From NCBI GenBank assembly GCA_005798285.1, contig SYKE01000199.1, forward strand, positions 1 to 54,465: a stretch of 54,465 bases of DNA. The letters are read 5' to 3'. The position numbers and the translations under genes are program-made. The first letter of the stretch is position 1, and each line of letters opens with the position of its first letter. This DNA is from Actinomycetota bacterium. Its GTDB lineage: Bacteria > Armatimonadota > SYMT01. Shown here piece after piece: positions 44,109 through 52,803 of the stretch. The notes below the pieces were generated by a model, which was not told the origin of the DNA, did not search any database, and worked only from the letters and a program-made list of their open reading frames with translations.

Positions 44109-44522
44109 ATGAATCCGTCAATGCGTAGCCGAGCCCGCACTCTGCTTGCTGCGGTGTGTGTCGGGCTGGGAGTTGTGGTTGCCACCTCTTCGCCCGCCGC
44201 TGTCGCGACCCTCGCGGCTCGACCCACTTTCGGTACCCATTTTGAAGAGTTCGAAGCCTACGACATAAGTGTCGCATTCACCGACTGGTGTCAGCCGTAT
44301 GTCGATGAGTCCCCCTACCACGAGATCTGGTCCGATCTGGATCACGACTCGGTCTACGAATTCTATGGCAGCACCAGCGGTCTGAGCCAGACGTGGACCG
44401 TTGCCAACGAAGGCGACGGCGACTTCTTCTGGAAGTTGAAGTGGTTCTGGCAGACGCACATCACCAACCCACCCTTGAACGCCTATGACGAGCAAATGGT
44501 AGGTCCCTACTACACACCGTAG
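44109..44522 (+). CDS. Small exported hypothetical protein (Trp/Phe-rich)
   Basis: ATG at 44109 gives MNPSMRSRARTLLAAVCVGLGVVVATSSPAAVA, a signal peptide. The mature part contains FFWKLKWFWQTHITNPP. I recognise no family. Confidence 0.45.
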   Translation: MNPSMRSRARTLLAAVCVGLGVVVATSSPAAVATLAARPTFGTHFEEFEAYDISVAFTDWCQPYVDESPYHEIWSDLDHDSVYEFYGSTSGLSQTWTVANEGDGDFFWKLKWFWQTHITNPPLNAYDEQMVGPYYTP

Positions 44523-44682
44523 ACGGCGGGCGGGAGAGTCTCCTCGGGGCATCTCGATCAGCGGCGGCCGGGCTCACGCCGATGGGCATGCCCTCTCGGT
44601 TGCTAATTGCCTAATCTCGGCTCCGCGGGCCCCATTTGAGACCGCCGTTGGAGCTACCGGGGGGATTGTATTGTCACCAAAC

Positions 44683-45567
44683 ATGTCGACTCCCTTGTTC
44701 CTGAATTCTCGCAGCCTTCAGCGGTTTCGTACGGCCGCAGCCGCCATCGCGCTCTTGGCGGGGTTGACGCCCGGGGCCTCGTTTACCAGCAGCGCCCAGA
44801 AGGCCGCGACCAGACCGCGTCATTCGGGGCCCCCTACCGTCTACGCCTACACGGAGATCAAGACCATGGAGCGCGGGCCAACGGCGCGCACCATGAAAGC
44901 CTTTCCGGGCGATGAGCGACGCATTGTGCGAAATGGCTCGGCCTACCGGGTGGAACTTCGCATTCCCGAGACTCATCGGGTCCACACCATCGTCTTGAAC
45001 GATGGTGTGGACAAAAACCTGGAGTTCCAGTACCGGCCCGAATCCGGCAACGCCAAGCTGACCCTGGAGTCCACCCTCTTTTTCTTTGCCCGAAAGTACC
45101 CGAAAGAGTTTCGAGCCCACTACGTCGATCCCCATCTCGCTCGGATCGCTTCGGCGGGGCCGCGCTGTCCGCCGTTCCCGTACTACGATGGACCGGAGAG
45201 CCTGGGGCGGCTGACCTTCCATGGTTCCCCGGGTGTCCCATGGTCTCTTGTGGAGGGGATGGAGATGGTGGGGCCGTTTCGGTGCCGCAAGTATCGGTGG
45301 CGCGGCACACGGCAGACCTCGGTGGCGCACTGCTGGGTTGACGAAGCGACTTCAACCGTCGTAAAGCGAACGCACGAAGCCACGGAGCCGGGCCGGTCCA
45401 TACGGGACACGGTGGAGATTCGGGAACTCACGATCGGCCAACCCGTCCCGATGGATGAGTTTCGATTGCCTCCGGGCGCGACGTGCCGTCATCCGAGCGC
45501 ATACCACATCAAGGTGCCTCCCGGCGTGATCTCACTTCCGCAGCCCGGGGGAGGGATCCGGTTTTGA
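44683..45567 (+). CDS. Exported hypothetical protein, possibly LolA/RseB-like fold
   Basis: ATG at 44683 (the track start at 44671 is TTG). Signal peptide FRTAAAAIALLAGLTPGASFTSSAQ. The C-terminal EIRELTIGQPVPMDEFRLPPGA resembles the ends of LolA-fold lipoprotein-carrier-like proteins. The assignment is weak. Confidence 0.45.
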   Translation: MSTPLFLNSRSLQRFRTAAAAIALLAGLTPGASFTSSAQKAATRPRHSGPPTVYAYTEIKTMERGPTARTMKAFPGDERRIVRNGSAYRVELRIPETHRVHTIVLNDGVDKNLEFQYRPESGNAKLTLESTLFFFARKYPKEFRAHYVDPHLARIASAGPRCPPFPYYDGPESLGRLTFHGSPGVPWSLVEGMEMVGPFRCRKYRWRGTRQTSVAHCWVDEATSTVVKRTHEATEPGRSIRDTVEIRELTIGQPVPMDEFRLPPGATCRHPSAYHIKVPPGVISLPQPGGGIRF

Positions 45568-47318
45568 ACCCCGCACTCCGCTCCGTCTGGGCAGGATGCA
45601 TGGCCCTGACCCTCGCAGCATGGGCATCCGCGTCGGAGCCGCTCACGCGAAGAGTCGTTCTAACCGAAGTCCGGGCCCCTTTGCGGCGAATTGCAGCCGA
45701 GATCGAGCGGCAAACCGGGACCCCTATCCATCTGTCGGATGAGATTGCGGCCGACCCGCTCTCGGTGATTCTGAAGGATCGCACGGCGGATGACGCCCTT
45801 CGCACGATCGCGGATGTGATGCACTACCGGATTCGGAAGAGTGCGAACGGCGCCGTGGAACTCTCCCTCGACCCGGCATGGGCCACGCTGGTCAGTCGCC
45901 TTGACACTCAGATGGCCGAGCGTGATCGCCGGGAGGAGACGGCGCGTGTGGATGCCCTGATGGCCGGCCTGGAGGGGCTGGTCGCAAAGCAGGATGGTCC
46001 GGTGGGTGGGGCGCCGTCGGAGATGCAGCGGGCGCTGGGTCGCGCCGTGGGGCAGTGGATTGCCGGTTTGGGTTCCGAAGCTCGACAGGCTCTCGCGCTG
46101 GCCGCTTCCCAGGAGATGGGCGTCATCGGCGCCGGCCCCCGGAACAGCCACATGGCGGACCGAACCCTCTTTTTTCAGCCGGTACTCTCGGCGCCGTCAG
46201 CGGTTCGGGAACTGCTGCAGACGAGTGCCGCGCAGGATCCCGGGCTGGCGGAGACGGTGGGATCAGAGGGCGCCGCGGTGGGGATCTCCACCTTTCCGGG
46301 CGCGGTGGGACTCACACTCTATGCGAGTGGGCGCTATGTCAATCTGGGCGCCGCCGGGATCGGGAGTTCCCGGTTCACCGCAGTGCGGAGCCGGCAGACG
46401 CAGGATCGCGCGGAGTGGACCCGGCAGCTTGAGATTCCGACACGCGCCGATCGTCGGTGGTTGGATCCCCGGGAGCAGCCCCTACCGGCGGCCACGGTTC
46501 AGTCGTGGCGCGCCATCCCGTTTTCCTGGACCGCCGACCCCCGGGCCGATCCGCGATTTCGTACCGCCGAAGACTCCGGACTGGCGCTCCTGACGGAGAA
46601 GGGCGGCCTGGAACTGGTTTCGGATGCCTGGGCGGATTCGCTACTTTCCGCACGGTCCGCAACTGCGGCACTCGTCGCCGTTCCGGCGGACACGGCGGCC
46701 GGCTGGGCTCGCCGCTTTGCCGCCGCCCACGGGAAACTCTACCGGGCCGTCGGGAATCGGCTGCTGCTCAGGTCGAACAGGGTGCTCTGGAGCCGCTGGG
46801 TGGAGCCGCCGCCTGTGACGGTGGAGGCGCTCCGTGCTTCGGTTCGAAAGAATGGACGCCTGAATTTCGGAGATTACCTCGCTCACGCCGATGTCATCAA
46901 TGCCCACCGTGCTCCGGTGCTTGCCGTGCTCCCGGAGACGGATGGCATCCAGTTCCGAAGAGAAGCCATTTTCTTCCGAGGCGAGCCGCGCCTCTTCGGT
47001 CTGCTCCAGCGACATCGAGTTCCGGAGCGCGGTGAGAGTGCTTCGGCAGAGTCCGGAAGCGCCGACTTCAGCCGGGTGGCGCCCGCCGAGCGCATCCGCT
47101 TCCTCAAGTTGCTGTGGACCGGGCTCCCCATCTCCACCGAGCGTCGAGCGCAGCCACTGCGCGACCTGTACGCCGAGTGGAAGACCCGAGGGGACGTGGT
47201 GGAGATCGAGTTCGAGGACGCTCAGCGCAAGCTGCTGACGCGGCGCTCCTTCCCGCTTCCGCCCCGGTTCATCGAACGGCCGGCTCCGGCCGCCGCACCC
47301 TCGAAGTCCGGCAGGTAG
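45564..47318 (+). CDS. Exported hypothetical protein with an N-terminal STN-like (secretin/TonB short N-terminal) domain
   Basis: A TTG at 45564 overlaps the upstream TGA (TTTGA). It yields (M)NPALRSVWAGCMALTLAAWASA-SE, a good signal peptide. An alternative ATG lies at 45600. APLRRIAAEIERQTGTPIHLSDEIAADPLSVILKDRTADDALRTIADVMHYRI resembles STN domains. The rest is unassigned. Confidence 0.5.
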   Translation: MNPALRSVWAGCMALTLAAWASASEPLTRRVVLTEVRAPLRRIAAEIERQTGTPIHLSDEIAADPLSVILKDRTADDALRTIADVMHYRIRKSANGAVELSLDPAWATLVSRLDTQMAERDRREETARVDALMAGLEGLVAKQDGPVGGAPSEMQRALGRAVGQWIAGLGSEARQALALAASQEMGVIGAGPRNSHMADRTLFFQPVLSAPSAVRELLQTSAAQDPGLAETVGSEGAAVGISTFPGAVGLTLYASGRYVNLGAAGIGSSRFTAVRSRQTQDRAEWTRQLEIPTRADRRWLDPREQPLPAATVQSWRAIPFSWTADPRADPRFRTAEDSGLALLTEKGGLELVSDAWADSLLSARSATAALVAVPADTAAGWARRFAAAHGKLYRAVGNRLLLRSNRVLWSRWVEPPPVTVEALRASVRKNGRLNFGDYLAHADVINAHRAPVLAVLPETDGIQFRREAIFFRGEPRLFGLLQRHRVPERGESASAESGSADFSRVAPAERIRFLKLLWTGLPISTERRAQPLRDLYAEWKTRGDVVEIEFEDAQRKLLTRRSFPLPPRFIERPAPAAAPSKSGR

Positions 47319-47328
47319 CGGGCGTTCA

Positions 47329-47349
47329 GCGGACCGATCTCCGGTCCGC
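47329..47349. terminator. Hairpin in the 33-nt gap between convergent genes
   Basis: gcggaccg (47329-47336) pairs with cggtccgc (47342-47349) around a 5-nt loop. No T-run. Confidence 0.35.
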
Positions 47350-47351
47350 CG

Positions 47352-47612
47352 CTACCGTGGAGGCTCGACGGTTTCCCGATCCAAGGCGAGGGAGATGCGC
47401 GAAAGCAGGTCGGCGGGAATGGTGATCTGCCGAATTCGCTCTCGAACGCCCTGAATCACATGCTCTTCGAACACATACTCCGAGGCGCACCATTCACACC
47501 GGTCGAGGTGTTCCCGAACCTGCTGCATCTCGTCGGCCGAGAGCTCCCGGTCAACGTAGTCATCGAGACGACGAAAGGTCTCCTGGCAGGTCAGTTGATC
47601 GAGCTGGCTCAT
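47352..47612 (-). CDS. Zinc-binding anti-sigma factor (ZAS), RsrA-like, soluble
   Basis: ATG at 47612 overlaps the sigma gene stop (ATGA). 86 aa with no TM segment. Cys9 (LTCQETF) plus HLDRCEWC (HxxxCxxC) and EYVFEEHV parallel RsrA Cys11, H37xxxC41xxC44 and KYGLEQAV as recalled from memory. Confidence 0.8.
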   Translation of the reverse strand: MSQLDQLTCQETFRRLDDYVDRELSADEMQQVREHLDRCEWCASEYVFEEHVIQGVRERIRQITIPADLLSRISLALDRETVEPPR

Positions 47613-48199
47613 GGTGCGGCGGCCTCCGGAGTCAACGGGGCTACCAACCCCTGATCGACCGCGAGCTGCCACAAACTCTTCTGGAGGAGCTTCCGGCCGC
47701 GATGCAGGCGGGAGCGTACCGTGCCGATGGGTACATCCACAATGCCGGCAATCTCCTCATAGGAGAACTCCTCGATGAAGTAGAGTGCGGCGACCATCCG
47801 AAAGTCGTCGGGAAGGGCGTCGATGGCTCCGGCTATGTGGTCCATCGAAAGCCGCTCCAGCACCAGACCGGCCGGATCATCCGACCGCTGATGCAGTCCT
47901 GCGTCGCGCGTCTGAAGATAGAGGTAGAGATCGGGCGCATCTTCCAGCTCCGTGAGCTGTGGTTCACGTTGACGCTGTCGGTACTTCTGGTAGTAGAGGT
48001 TCGTCAGAATCCTCAATAGCCAGGCGCGGAAATTGGTTCCCGGCGTGAAGGTGTGGAACGATCGATACGCACGGAGCGACGCTTCTTGAACGAGGTCTTC
48101 GGCGTCGTCCCGGTTTCGCACAAACCGGATCGCCACCCCGAATGCGGACGGCAGCGCCGCCGCCAGGAGTTGTTCGAACGTCTCTCGACTCGATGGCAT
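47609..48199 (-). CDS. ECF sigma factor (SigR/RpoE-like)
   Basis: Region 2: DAEDLVQEASLRAYRSFHTFTPGTNFRAWLLRILTNLYYQKYR. Region 4: LPDDFRMVAALYFIEEFSYEEIAGIVDVPIGTVRSRLHRGRKLL. Confidence 0.85.
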   Translation of the reverse strand: MPSSRETFEQLLAAALPSAFGVAIRFVRNRDDAEDLVQEASLRAYRSFHTFTPGTNFRAWLLRILTNLYYQKYRQRQREPQLTELEDAPDLYLYLQTRDAGLHQRSDDPAGLVLERLSMDHIAGAIDALPDDFRMVAALYFIEEFSYEEIAGIVDVPIGTVRSRLHRGRKLLQKSLWQLAVDQGLVAPLTPEAAAP

Positions 48200-48906
48200 C
48201 AGAGAGCGCGAACGCGGGCGACACGGAAGCCGAGCATGGTGCTTCTAGATTCGGGCCGGAAAGCAGTGCGGGCGGAAGATCGGCAGGCGTCCGGCAGGCT
48301 GATCCAGGAGCCCCCGCGGATCACGCGGAGCGTGCCCTTCTCGGGGCCGGACGGATCCCGCGTCGGGCCGCCGGCATAGGCGTTGGGCGAGTACCAATCG
48401 GAGCACCACTCAAACGCGTTGCCTGCCAGGTCCAGCGCGCCGAAGGGACTCCCGCCCGCGGGCGCCGCGCCCACCGGTCGGGTGCCGTCGAAGCCGATGT
48501 CCATGGCAAACGTCGCCCGCGTGAGATCCGGCTGAGTGTTGCCCCAGGGAAACTTGCGTCCCTCGGATCCACGAGCAGCGTACTCCCACTCGGCCTCTGT
48601 GGGAAGGCGGCCGTCGGCCCACTTGCAGAAGGCGACGGCTTCATCCCAGGTGACGGCGATCACCGGCTTCTCATCGCCGATAAAGCGCTTGTTGGTCCAG
48701 TGGGCCGGGGCGCTTGCGCCGGTGGCCGCCATATAGCGGCTATACTGCGCGCGCGTCACTTCGAAGCGGCCGAGGAAGAAGGCGGAGACTTCCACCCGAT
48801 GCACCGGACGCGTGTCGTCGTCGAGATCCTCGGAGCCCATCATGAAGGAGCCCCCGGCAACCGGAACATATTCGATACCGGTCCGGGGGTCGGTAAACGG
48901 GTTCAT
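48199..48906 (-). CDS. Formylglycine-generating-enzyme-family (SUMF1/EgtB/PvdO-like) protein
   Basis: YVPVAGGSFMMGS...RPVHRVEVSAFFLGRFEVTRAQY..., PVIAVTWDEAVAFCKW.GGRLPTEAEWEYAARG, NAFEWCSDWY, RVIRGGSW and GFRVAR are classic FGE-sulfatase-domain motifs. I see no signal peptide. Confidence 0.85.
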   Translation of the reverse strand: MNPFTDPRTGIEYVPVAGGSFMMGSEDLDDDTRPVHRVEVSAFFLGRFEVTRAQYSRYMAATGASAPAHWTNKRFIGDEKPVIAVTWDEAVAFCKWADGRLPTEAEWEYAARGSEGRKFPWGNTQPDLTRATFAMDIGFDGTRPVGAAPAGGSPFGALDLAGNAFEWCSDWYSPNAYAGGPTRDPSGPEKGTLRVIRGGSWISLPDACRSSARTAFRPESRSTMLGFRVARVRAL

Positions 48907-50255
48907 CCGAACAACTCGTGAACGGGCTCGCCCTTCTCGATGACCCGCTTCGGCTGACCGCCGACCGCGGGCACGGTTTGATCCGGGCCGATGCCGAAGG
49001 CGTGATACACGGAGGCGACGATGTCGTGAGAAGCGATCGGTCGCTCCGAGGGATAGGCGCCCTGACTGTCGCTGGCGCCGATGACCTGCCCGCCGCGGAT
49101 GCCGCCGCCCGCCATGATCACCGGCACGATGGCGCTCCAGTGGTCGCGGCCGTCGGCGTAGAGCGGATCGCTGGCGCCGATGGTCGGCGTTCGCCCCATT
49201 TCACCCATCGCGAGGACCATGGTGCTTTCGAGCAATCCTCGAGAAGCGAGATCCTCCAGCAGAGTGGACATGGCCCGATCCAGAGTCGGCGCGAGGTGGG
49301 AGCGCATCATCCCTTCGAGATCGGTGTGAACATCCCACGCCAGTCGTCGGGGCCAGTTCACGGTAACGAAGCGGGCGCCGCCCTCCACCAGTCGTCGGGC
49401 CAGGAGCGCGCCCTGACCGACATGGTTTCGCCCGTAGCGGTCTCGCAGGCGATCGGGCTCCTTGCGGAGGTCGAATGCCTGGCGCACTCCAGACGAATCC
49501 ATAAGGCTGAACGCCTGTTGATAAATCGCCTCCGACGCTCGGGTCGGCTCCACCTGCGCCAGCTCCGGCCCGCCGGCAGACGCCAACAGTCGGCGGCGTC
49601 GGGTCATTCGGGAGTGGGAAATGCCGGTGGGCGGATCCAGATTCTTGAGGGTCATCAAACCCTCGACGAGATCGCCCTCGGGAATCACCGCGTCGTACTC
49701 GGATCCGAGGTAGCCGGCGGTCTGCGCCAGCTTTTGCGGGGTGGCGTTGGTTTCGTACGCAATGTTGGGCACGAGCACCCAGGGCGGGAGCAGCGACTTG
49801 CCGCCTCGCAGGCGGGAGATGACCGCGGCCATGTTGGGATAAGCCACGGCGCCGTTGCCCATGCCGCAGAGCATGTACTGGTGACCGACAATGTGCGCGG
49901 GCGACGGATGGTGGACTGATCTCAGCAGCGCGTACTTGTCGGCCTGTCGCGCCAGCTTGGGGAACACCTCGGAGATTCGGATTCCGGAGACGTTCGTCTC
50001 GATGGGAGAGAACGGCCCTCGCACTTCGCTGGGCGCGTCCGGCTTGGGATCCCAGGTTTCGTGTTGGGGCGGGCCACCCTGAAGCCAGAGCAGAATGCAC
50101 GCCTTAGCCCGAGTCGGAACTTCTTGCTCAGCGGCTTCGGCCCGGAGCGCCTGTGGGAGAGTCAGACCCAGCGCGCCGAGGGAGCCTACTTGCAGGAAGG
50201 TGCGGCGATTCACGCCGTCGCAGCACCGAGTGATCGGTCCACCGATATCGATCAT
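48903..50255 (-). CDS. DUF1501-family protein (sulfatase/alkaline-phosphatase-like) with a Tat signal
   Basis: ATG at 50255 gives MIDIGGPITRCCDGVNRRTFLQVGSLGALGLTLPQALRA, a twin-arginine motif. ACILLWLQGGPPQHETWDPKPDAP, LLRSVHH and the C-terminal MGEMGRTP...GRDHW are typical DUF1501 blocks. The stop overlaps the FGE-like start (ATGA). Confidence 0.85.
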   Translation of the reverse strand: MIDIGGPITRCCDGVNRRTFLQVGSLGALGLTLPQALRAEAAEQEVPTRAKACILLWLQGGPPQHETWDPKPDAPSEVRGPFSPIETNVSGIRISEVFPKLARQADKYALLRSVHHPSPAHIVGHQYMLCGMGNGAVAYPNMAAVISRLRGGKSLLPPWVLVPNIAYETNATPQKLAQTAGYLGSEYDAVIPEGDLVEGLMTLKNLDPPTGISHSRMTRRRRLLASAGGPELAQVEPTRASEAIYQQAFSLMDSSGVRQAFDLRKEPDRLRDRYGRNHVGQGALLARRLVEGGARFVTVNWPRRLAWDVHTDLEGMMRSHLAPTLDRAMSTLLEDLASRGLLESTMVLAMGEMGRTPTIGASDPLYADGRDHWSAIVPVIMAGGGIRGGQVIGASDSQGAYPSERPIASHDIVASVYHAFGIGPDQTVPAVGGQPKRVIEKGEPVHELFG

Positions 50256-50347
50256 GTTCCCACTCCGAGCTTGGAACGATTTAGCGATTGAGACACCGAC
50301 CCGAAGTCGGGGTTGCACCCACCTGCCGCATCTCAACCAGTCAGGAA

Positions 50348-51697
50348 TTATTCCCCCCCGGCGGCGGTGGTTCCCTGCGCCGTTCCGGAGGATTTTGTGT
50401 CCGCACCCCCGGCGGCCGCGCTGGTTGAGGGTGTGAGCAGCTCCGAGCCTCGCAGCATCATGGAGGTGGATGCCACGTCGAACTCGTAGGGCGCGGGCCT
50501 CCGATCGCCGGCCGGCAGTGTTCCGGCGAAGGCCAGCACGGAGTTCCACGCGGCGGCCGGCCTCAGACCACCCACCCCAGCGGCGAGATCGGGAAACGAG
50601 GCTCCGCTCTTCCCGAGCAAACCGGGAAGGAACAGATCCTTCATCGGGTAGACCGTGGCCACCGCAAGGAGGTACTCCACGCCACCGTTGCCGGCGGGGT
50701 TGAGGACGCAGGCGAAGTTCTTGGAGGCGGCGGGAGACTCGAACACGATCTCGGCCCGGCCGACGGGGTTCACACGCACCAGGATCAGGTTGCAGTCTGT
50801 GGAGGCCGTCATTTTCGCGACCACGATGCCGCTGGGGAGGCGATCCGCCCGCAGTTTGATATTGAGCGGGTGCTCAGGCGAAGCCTCGGGCGCCCGCGGT
50901 GGCGGTTTTGGGCGCTCTCGGGGCGGTGCGGCGGGCGCCGCTGCGGCGAGGGCGGTCGGGTCGGGCAATTCGGACGCGAGTGGCGATCGCGGGCCGGGTT
51001 CGGACACGAGCGGTCGCACCGGGACAGCCGGCTCGGCGGCGGGGGGGTTCGTCTCGAATCGAGGGGCCGGGCCGCCTCCGGGGACTGCCGGCAGCGGGAC
51101 GTTTCGCCATTCCGGACCACGAACGGGGCCGGTTCCCGAGGGGGTTCCCGCGAACGGAGACGGGTCCGACGGGAGCTGAGTCTCGGGGCCCGCAGCCGGA
51201 GCGCTGCCCACCGGAGCGAGCGGTCCGGTGGGGCTGACGAATTCCCATCGAGGCGGCGGGAGGCCGGTTTCCGTGAGTTGGGCCGGCATGGGCGGCAGCG
51301 GCGAAAACGCGGTGAGGGTGCGGGGACCGTGGCGATTGGAGGCGAACGGAAGGACGCCTCGACTGAAGGAGGTGGAGAGTCCGAGGAGCACCATGCAGAC
51401 GAGCGTCAGCCCGCCGACCTTGAGCCAGAGCCGGTTCTGCACGCTGGCCGCAACGGAGGCTGTCTGCTCTCCGTCCGATGCGTCGAATGCATCCAACTCG
51501 AGTTCCGTCAGGTCAAGGGGTTCCGGGAGAACGGAACCGGGTGTGTGTGCGGCAGTTTTCGCCTGCAGCCCGCCGTCGTCGTCCACGTTGCTTAAGTCTG
51601 CGTCCAACTCTAAGAGAACACGAATTGAGGATTCGTGTCGTTGAGACCCTGTTGGAGTATACGGGGGACAGCGGGAAATTGCCGCGTCAGAACGCAA
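50348..51697 (-). CDS. Hypothetical single-pass membrane protein: acidic N-terminus, Pro-rich linker, C-terminal beta-rich (DUF4384-like?) domain
   Basis: TM segment LWLKVGGLTLVCMVLLGL. A long Pro-rich region follows. The C-terminal part is LNIKLRADRLPSGIVVAKMTASTDCNLILVRVNPVGRAEIVF. The only in-frame start before the TM segment is a TTG at 51697, which overlaps the pfkB-like stop by 11 nt, so the start is uncertain. Confidence 0.45.
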   Translation of the reverse strand: MRSDAAISRCPPYTPTGSQRHESSIRVLLELDADLSNVDDDGGLQAKTAAHTPGSVLPEPLDLTELELDAFDASDGEQTASVAASVQNRLWLKVGGLTLVCMVLLGLSTSFSRGVLPFASNRHGPRTLTAFSPLPPMPAQLTETGLPPPRWEFVSPTGPLAPVGSAPAAGPETQLPSDPSPFAGTPSGTGPVRGPEWRNVPLPAVPGGGPAPRFETNPPAAEPAVPVRPLVSEPGPRSPLASELPDPTALAAAAPAAPPRERPKPPPRAPEASPEHPLNIKLRADRLPSGIVVAKMTASTDCNLILVRVNPVGRAEIVFESPAASKNFACVLNPAGNGGVEYLLAVATVYPMKDLFLPGLLGKSGASFPDLAAGVGGLRPAAAWNSVLAFAGTLPAGDRRPAPYEFDVASTSMMLRGSELLTPSTSAAAGGADTKSSGTAQGTTAAGGE

Positions 51698-52667
51698 TCG
51701 GTTCGGGCGAGAGGCGCGGCTGCATCGAATTTGCTGCGAGGAACGCCATGGCTTCAGGTCCTCGAAACACTCCCTGGTAGCAGCCGATCGAGCGGACGCA
51801 CGAGGATCCGAGGGCGCTGCCGTAGCGGAGACAGCCGGCCAGATCCTCTCCTCGCACCATGCCGGAGATGTATCCGGCGCAGAAGGCGTCGCCGGCGCCC
51901 GTCTGATCCACCACCTCGGTGGGGAAGTGGGGCATCGTGAAGACTCGTGAGCCCTCTACGGCGAGCAGCCCATGCGCCCCCATGGTGATGATGACGGTCC
52001 CAGCCCCGCCCCGGCGCAGCGCGGCCGCCTGTCGGAGCGGTTCGACCTCACCGGTCAGCATCTGCGCTTCATCATCGTTGGGGAGAAAGACATCGGTGTG
52101 GGGGAGCACCGGCTCCAACTCTCCAGCGTACCGAAACCCGGATGGGATCACGACATCCAGCACGGTGCGGATCCCGCTCTCTCGACAGCGGCGAAAGAGT
52201 TCCGCCAGTTCGCCGGGAATGAGGCCGGGCATCACCAGATAGCCGCCGAGGTACAACACCTTTGCACTGCTCAGCGCCGAGAGGGGCACGTCGGATGCTC
52301 GAAACTCACGGTTGGCGCCAAAGGTGTGGACAAAACGGCGATCCTGACCCTTACAGAGCAGGATCATGGTCTGGGAGGTCTGCTCGATTTCGGAGGTGCC
52401 GATAAGGCCAGTGTCGACCCCTTGAGCGGCCAGATCTTCCTTCACGAAGCGGCCGAAAAAGTCGTTCCCGACCTTGCCCAGGACGCCGACGCCGATCCCC
52501 TGCTTGGCGATGTTCACGCCGACGTTCGCGGCGCAGCCTCCGGTGAGGAGAAACATCCGATCCACTGCGACCAGATGCCCCTCGGGCGGGAGTTGATCCA
52601 TGGGAGTGCTGACGTGGTCCGCCACCAGAATCCCGGCGCACACCACCTCATTCGTCGGCTTCGACAT
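51687..52667 (-). CDS. PfkB-family carbohydrate kinase (ribokinase-like)
   Basis: VCAGILVADHV......G.......LLTGGCAANVGVNIAKQG is the N-terminal GG motif region. The C-terminal VVDQTGAGDAFCAGYISG is the PfkB signature 2 with the catalytic Asp. Confidence 0.85.
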   Translation of the reverse strand: MSKPTNEVVCAGILVADHVSTPMDQLPPEGHLVAVDRMFLLTGGCAANVGVNIAKQGIGVGVLGKVGNDFFGRFVKEDLAAQGVDTGLIGTSEIEQTSQTMILLCKGQDRRFVHTFGANREFRASDVPLSALSSAKVLYLGGYLVMPGLIPGELAELFRRCRESGIRTVLDVVIPSGFRYAGELEPVLPHTDVFLPNDDEAQMLTGEVEPLRQAAALRRGGAGTVIITMGAHGLLAVEGSRVFTMPHFPTEVVDQTGAGDAFCAGYISGMVRGEDLAGCLRYGSALGSSCVRSIGCYQGVFRGPEAMAFLAANSMQPRLSPEPIAF

Positions 52668-52803
52668 CGCTCACCCCCACGGAATTCCCCCTTCGGAACC
52701 GGACCGGACCGGCGGCTAATTGGGCGGCGAGAGGGCGTTTCCCTCCGAAGGTCTGTACTGGGAACCGGTGCAGGCGACCGGCGCCCCGTCATCGGGTGGT
52801 GGA

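Noticed and set aside
48903-50255. Annotating DUF1501 plus the FGE-like protein as a bona fide sulfatase and maturase pair.
   Set aside because: I could not see a C/SxPxR formylglycine motif in the DUF1501 sequence. The pairing is kept as a hypothesis in the findings and is not used as an annotation.
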